Below, piece after piece: positions 59,128 to 64,000 of a stretch of 64,000 nucleotides of DNA. The stretch is from a virus (taxonomy: Duplodnaviria > Caudoviricetes), in the IMG/VR virus record IMGVR_UViG_3300028585_000519, positions 5,001-69,000 of that record. One strand, 5' to 3'. How positions within the stretch are numbered: the first letter of the stretch is position 1; each line of letters opens with the position of its first letter. A program made the translations under genes and the position numbers. Below the pieces are notes generated by a model. That model made no database searches, was not told the origin of the DNA, and was given only the letters and a program-made list of their open reading frames with translations.

Positions 59128-62100
59128 AATACAGAATCGTAATCGACCCCGCGTAGGACTTGCCCAGCGGGCCCTTTGTGACGACTACGTAGTAGTAGGT
59201 GCCCACCGGCGCGGGCTGGCCGTTGATGTCGCCGCGCCACTCATTGGCCCGGCTGTAGTTTTCGGCCGAGAAAATCTTGTTGCCCCAGCGGTTGAAGATG
59301 GTCACCGTGTTGTCGGGAAACTGCTCGATAAACTCAATCTGCCAGGTGTCGTTTTCCCCGTCGCCGTTGGGCGTGAAGGCATTGGGAATGCGGATGGCCG
59401 GGCGCACGGTCACGGTCACCTGGTCGGAGCTGGCGCAGCCCCCGGCCCCGGCCGAGAGAGTGTAGGTAGTGGTAACCAGGGGCGCGGCCACGGGGTGCAG
59501 CGGGTCATTGGCCGGGATAGTGAGGCCCAGCGCCGGCGTCCACGTCACGGGGTAATTTCCATCGGCGCTCCCATCCAGCACCACGGAAGTGCCAGCCAGA
59601 ATCTCTTTATCGGGGCCGGCGTTCACCACCACCGGCGGCTGAATCCGCACGGCCACGCCGTTGGAAACGGCTGTTACGGCCTGGCCGCAGTCGTTGGTAG
59701 TGCGCAGGCGCAGCGTCACGGTCTGGCCCTCGCGTAGCGTAGTGCTGGTGAAAACCGGGTTCGTGGCCCCGGCTACGTCGGAGCCATTTACCTGCCATTG
59801 ATAGGCGGGAGTTGCCCCAGCGCCCGTAATGCTGGCGATGCTGAATGTGAGCGGCTCGCCCAGGCACACCGGGCCGCCCGGCTGCACGGCAATGGTGAGC
59901 GTGGGCAGCGGCGTAGCCGTGCGCGTGACCGTGACGGTGGCCGTGGCCAGCCCGGTGGTGCACAGCCCCACGGTGGGCGTCACTTCTACCCGCACCTGGT
60001 CGCCGGTAACCAGTGTGCTGCTCGTGAAGGTGGGCCCGCTGGCCACGGCCACGCCGTTGACGAGCCAGCGGAAGGTGGGCGCGGTACCCACATTCGTTGC
60101 TACGGCCGCGAAGGTAAGGGCGGTGCCGGGGCACTGCACGGGCGGCGTGGCCAGGGTCACGGTGGGCGTCACCAGAGGCGTCACCCGGATGACCACGGCG
60201 TTGGATGCCACGGTGGAGCAGCCGCCGAGGCCCGACAGCACCCGGCGCCGGTAGTAAGTAGTGGCCGTGAGCGGGCCGGGCGCAAACGTCGGTCCCGTAG
60301 CGCCGGGAATGAGTTGCCAGCTGACATTATCCGGCGCAGTTTCCCACCGGTAGGTGTAGTTGCCCGCGCCGCCGCTGGCCTCGCTGAGGCTGGTGAGCGG
60401 GGCCGGGGTGGCCCCCACGCAGATATCCTGGTCGGCGGCAATGGTGCCCGCCATCAGCAGGGGTACCACCGTCAGGGTAACGGCCGGCGAGTATACCGGG
60501 CCGCAGGTGCCCGACGTAACTCCCCGGCGGTAATACGTGGTAGCCGTGAGCGGGCCGGGCGCGAACGTCGGCCCGGTAGCGCCCGCAACATTCGTCCAGG
60601 TGCTGTTATCCGGCGACGACTGCCACTGGTAGGTATAGGTGCCAGTGCCGCCGCCGGCCCCGCTGGTGCTGGTGAGCGCGTCCGGGGTATTGCCGGGGCA
60701 TAGTTGCTGATTGGTGCCGATGCCGCCGGCCGCCAGCGCCGGCGTTACCGTAATAGTCACAACGTTGGAGAAGGCCGGGCCGCACACGCCCGACGTCACG
60801 CGCCGCCGATAGTAGGTAGTGGCCGTGGGCGTGCCGGGCGCGAACGTGTCGCTCGTAGCGCCGGAAATATCCGTCCAGTCGGTGTTATTCAGCGAGGACT
60901 GCCACTGGTAATTAATCGGGCCCGTGCCGCCGCTCGCCGGTGTGTTGCTGCTGAGCGGCGTGGCCGCCGTACCCGCGCAAAGCGTTTGATTAGTGCCAAT
61001 AGTGCCCGCCGCCAGGGCCGGAGCCACCGTAATAGTTACCACGTTGGAGGGCGTGGTGGTGCAGCCACCGGACGTTACCTGGCGGCGGTAGTAAGTGGTA
61101 GCGGTAAGTGCGTCGGGCGCGAAGCCATCGGCCGTGGCGCCGGTGATGGTTGCCCAGTTGAGGTTATCTGCGGAATATTCCCACTGATACCCGTAGGCGC
61201 CGGTGCCACCCGTGGCCGGGGCGGCGCTGGTGAGCGGCGCGGGCGCGGTGCCGGCGCATACCGTTTGGCTGGCGGCAATGCTGCCCGGCGCCAGCGCTGG
61301 CAGCACCCGCAGCATTACCGAAGGCGAGTACACCGGGCCGCAAGCGCCCGCCGTTACCCCGCGGCGGTAATACGTAGTAGCCGTGAGCGCGCCGGGCGCG
61401 AACGTGGGGCTGGTGGCGCCAGCGATATCGGTCCAGGTAGTGTTATCCGGCGACGATTGCCACTGGTACGTAAAGCTGCCGCTGCCCCCGCTGGCCGCGC
61501 CCGTGCTGGTGAGCGGCGCCGGGGTGGCGCCGAAGCACAGCGTCTGGTCGGCGCCGACGGTGCCGGCCAGCAGCGCCGGGGTTACCGTGATGGTCACCAC
61601 ATTCGAAAGCACCGGCGCGCAGCCGCCCTCCGAGCTGGCCCGGCGCCGGAAATACGTGGTGGCGCTCAGCGCGCCCGGCGCGTATGTGGGGCTGGTGGCG
61701 CCGGCGATGGCCGTCCAGGTCGCGTTATCCAGCGAAGATTCCCACTGGTAGGCGATGGCGCCCTGGCCGCCCGTGGCCAGGGTGTCGCTGCTGAGGGGGG
61801 CGGCGGTAGCGCCGGCGCACAGCGCCTGGCTGCGGCCGATAGTGCCGGCCGTCAGGCCGGGCGCCACGGTTATGCGCACGGTATTGGAGGGCGTGGCGGC
61901 GCAGGCGCCGGAGCTTACCTGGCGGCGGAAATAAGTGGTAACCGGGAGCGTACCGGGCGCGAAAGTGGCCCCGGTGGCGCCAGCGATGGCCGTCCAGGTC
62001 GCGTTATCCAGCGAAGATTCCCACTGGTAAGCAAACGTGCCGCTGCCGCCCGTGGCCGGCGCGGTGCTCGTGAGCGGGGCCGCGGCGTTGCCGGCGCACA

Positions 62101-64000
62101 CGGTCTGGTCGGCGGCGATGCTGCCGGCTACCAGGGCCGGCAACACGGTGATGGCTACCGAGGCCGTGGGCGTGCGCGGGGCGCAAAAGCCCGACGTCAC
62201 CAGCCGCCGGAAGTAGGTGGTGGTGCCCAGCACGCCCGGCGCATAGCTTGGCGCGTTGGCCCCGCCGATGTCGGCCCAGGTGCTGTTATCCGTCGAAGAC
62301 TGCCACTGGTAGGTGAACTCTCCGGTGCCCGCGCCGGCTGGCACCGTCGTAGTGAGCGGGGCCGGCGTGGTGCCGGCGCACACCGTTTGGCCCGGCCCGA
62401 TGCTGCCCGGCGTGGGCGCGCCGGGCACCTGGATGAGGCTCGTCACCTCGCGGCAAAAGCAGAAGTTGGTGATGCGCAGCGTTATCTCGTAGTTGCCGGG
62501 GGCGGGGAAGGTGAACACCGGGTCGGCCAGCGCCGAGGTGCCCAGCACCGTGCCCGTGCTCGTTTTAAAGGTCCAGGCGTAGGATTCGGGGTTGGGAATG
62601 GGCGAGCCGGCCTGGAAGGTTATCTCCAGGCAGGCCGTGGACCGCGCCCCGAAGCCCACGCGCAGCAGCGAGCTCTGGTTGAAGTTGGGCAGGCCCAGCC
62701 CGCCGAGCCGGCCGCCCAGCTGGAGGCTGTCGCCGGCGTAGGCCGCCTTGGCGCCCAGCGAGTCGGGGTAGGCGAGGAAGCCGATGGCGGGTTGGTTGTT
62801 GCGGGCCACGTAAATCTTGCCGTCGGGCGCGGCCTGCATCGAGCCCAGGCTGACGAGCGTATCCTGCTTGAGCGGAATATTGACCTTGCTGGCCGGAATG
62901 TTGGTGGCGCTCAAATCGAACTGCAAGAGCTGCGGCGGGCTCGTGACGGTGGCGTAGAGCCGGCTGCGGCTGGGCGAAAACTCGACGCCGTAGTAGCCGC
63001 CCGCCCCGCTGTCGATAACGCGGCGGTTGCTGACCTGGCCCGTGGCCGCGTCAAAGGCAAACAGCTCGACGCTGCTGGTGCTATCGGCCGTGGTGGTGCT
63101 GAAGCGGGCCACCGCCAGCTGCTGGCCATCGGGCGATACCTTTATCTGGCCGCGGTAGCCCTGGGGCGAGGCGCTCGGCGCGTGCAGCGCCCCGATGGTC
63201 GAAATCACGGGCGTGGGCTGCACGCCGGCCGGCGTCACGCGGTAGGCCAGAAACGAGTCGCCGCGGTTGTCGGGGCCGCTGGTGGCCGAGCCCCAGCCGT
63301 GCACGATTATCCACACGTCGCAGCCGTTTTTGTGCAGCACGCCCGTCATTTTTTCGGCCGTGCCCGCAGCCAGCGGCGTGTTTTTGGTGCCAATGACTAC
63401 CTCGCCCTGGCCGCCCACCGGGATATTGATTTCCGAATAGCTCAGCCCCTTGGGGCCGCCCTGCGCATCCTGCGTAAAGAGCAGGTAGCGCGTGGGCCCG
63501 CCCGGCGTGGCCGGGCTGCCCGGAAACTTGATGGCCAGCGGCCCGTCGGTGCCCAGGCGGTTGCCGCCCAGGCCCGTGCCGTTGGGCATGATGCTGTGGT
63601 TGCGGCTCCACACGGTGTCGCCGTTGCTGTAAAACAGCAGGTTGCCCGTGCCGTCCGACATCACGCCCGAGCCGGCGGGCGCCACCATGCGGCCGTCGGT
63701 GAGCACCTTGGGCGGGATGGAGTCGGTGGCCTGGTTGAAGTCGAGCCCGGCCCGGTAGCCGAAGTACCAGGTGTTGATAAACTTCTCGTCCTGGCTGCAA
63801 TCGGGTGGGGCGGTGGCCTGCGCCCGGGCCGTGGTGGCCGCGCCGCTCAGCAGCGTTAGCAGCAGCGCGAGCAGCCAGCCGGCGGCCGGGCGGGCCCAGC
63901 CGGCCGGGCGCGGGCGGCGGGGGGCCGCTGGTTGGCCCGGCGCAGTAGCCAGCAGCAAAGGAAGCGAAGTAGAGACAGAGAGCGGTAGCGCTGCGGGCAT
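59126..64000 (-). CDS. Host T9SS type-B (gliding motility-associated CTD) surface protein with PKD and Ig-like repeats
   Basis: Signal peptide; C-terminal IPNAFTPNGDGENDTW...IFNRWG...GTYYYVV; the start may lie beyond the window edge. Confidence 0.9.
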   Translation of the reverse strand: MPAALPLSVSTSLPLLLATAPGQPAAPRRPRPAGWARPAAGWLLALLLTLLSGAATTARAQATAPPDCSQDEKFINTWYFGYRAGLDFNQATDSIPPKVLTDGRMVAPAGSGVMSDGTGNLLFYSNGDTVWSRNHSIMPNGTGLGGNRLGTDGPLAIKFPGSPATPGGPTRYLLFTQDAQGGPKGLSYSEINIPVGGQGEVVIGTKNTPLAAGTAEKMTGVLHKNGCDVWIIVHGWGSATSGPDNRGDSFLAYRVTPAGVQPTPVISTIGALHAPSASPQGYRGQIKVSPDGQQLAVARFSTTTADSTSSVELFAFDAATGQVSNRRVIDSGAGGYYGVEFSPSRSRLYATVTSPPQLLQFDLSATNIPASKVNIPLKQDTLVSLGSMQAAPDGKIYVARNNQPAIGFLAYPDSLGAKAAYAGDSLQLGGRLGGLGLPNFNQSSLLRVGFGARSTACLEITFQAGSPIPNPESYAWTFKTSTGTVLGTSALADPVFTFPAPGNYEITLRITNFCFCREVTSLIQVPGAPTPGSIGPGQTVCAGTTPAPLTTTVPAGAGTGEFTYQWQSSTDNSTWADIGGANAPSYAPGVLGTTTYFRRLVTSGFCAPRTPTASVAITVLPALVAGSIAADQTVCAGNAAAPLTSTAPATGGSGTFAYQWESSLDNATWTAIAGATGATFAPGTLPVTTYFRRQVSSGACAATPSNTVRITVAPGLTAGTIGRSQALCAGATAAPLSSDTLATGGQGAIAYQWESSLDNATWTAIAGATSPTYAPGALSATTYFRRRASSEGGCAPVLSNVVTITVTPALLAGTVGADQTLCFGATPAPLTSTGAASGGSGSFTYQWQSSPDNTTWTDIAGATSPTFAPGALTATTYYRRGVTAGACGPVYSPSVMLRVLPALAPGSIAASQTVCAGTAPAPLTSAAPATGGTGAYGYQWEYSADNLNWATITGATADGFAPDALTATTYYRRQVTSGGCTTTPSNVVTITVAPALAAGTIGTNQTLCAGTAATPLSSNTPASGGTGPINYQWQSSLNNTDWTDISGATSDTFAPGTPTATTYYRRRVTSGVCGPAFSNVVTITVTPALAAGGIGTNQQLCPGNTPDALTSTSGAGGGTGTYTYQWQSSPDNSTWTNVAGATGPTFAPGPLTATTYYRRGVTSGTCGPVYSPAVTLTVVPLLMAGTIAADQDICVGATPAPLTSLSEASGGAGNYTYRWETAPDNVSWQLIPGATGPTFAPGPLTATTYYRRRVLSGLGGCSTVASNAVVIRVTPLVTPTVTLATPPVQCPGTALTFAAVATNVGTAPTFRWLVNGVAVASGPTFTSSTLVTGDQVRVEVTPTVGLCTTGLATATVTVTRTATPLPTLTIAVQPGGPVCLGEPLTFSIASITGAGATPAYQWQVNGSDVAGATNPVFTSTTLREGQTVTLRLRTTNDCGQAVTAVSNGVAVRIQPPVVVNAGPDKEILAGTSVVLDGSADGNYPVTWTPALGLTIPANDPLHPVAAPLVTTTYTLSAGAGGCASSDQVTVTVRPAIRIPNAFTPNGDGENDTWQIEFIEQFPDNTVTIFNRWGNKIFSAENYSRANEWRGDINGQPAPVGTYYYVVVTKGPLGKSYAGSITILY
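60185..62410 (-). repeat. Eight tandem ~93-aa Ig-like repeats
   Basis: G.I..xQ..C.G..P..L....YQW.SS.DN.TW..I.GAT...PG.L..TTY.RR repeated 8 times. Confidence 0.9.

Noticed and set aside
60704-63859. 1051-aa plus-strand ORF and many other long overlapping ORFs (e.g. 31108-32793, 35782-37236)
   Set aside because: Shadow frames of GC-rich coding DNA, Arg/Gly/Ala-rich with no motifs
1-64000. CRISPR array, DGR or retron, rRNA or tRNA genes, IS transposase
   Set aside because: No spaced repeats, reverse-transcriptase motifs, TR/VR pairs, RNA-gene signatures or DDE transposase found

Overview
High-GC Bacteroidota DNA, probably Hymenobacter-like (inferred from T9SS C-terminal domains and TAnnTTTG-type promoters). 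Almost the whole window is two related integrated elements in tandem, delimited by a 25-bp direct repeat (42166-42190 and 58909-58933, 23/25 identical). Element 1 (left edge to 42190) is a nearly complete temperate-phage genome: two ABC-ATPase/TOPRIM defence-like genes behind a repressor, then early, replication, head, packaging, lysis and tail genes and several AT-richer cargo genes. I found only two lesions in it: a frameshift in the CHAP endolysin and an in-frame TAG in the tape measure. Element 2 (16.8 kb) is a collapsed remnant with a broken integrase, a broken NACHT gene, pieces of two different large terminases, portal, chaperone and tape-measure fragments, and intact cargo genes. A host T9SS type-B repeat protein follows. 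Most notable: (i) a seven-copy late-promoter motif RTCCTTT-N20-CAnnTTYG with invariant spacing, often followed 4 nt later by the start codon; (ii) the tandem ATPase-TOPRIM pair; (iii) an attP-like junction between the elements; (iv) a conserved non-coding block after the terminase in both phages; (v) a RuvA domain III-like module and SprB-like repeats in phage proteins. Family assignments are from motif recognition only; no searches were run.
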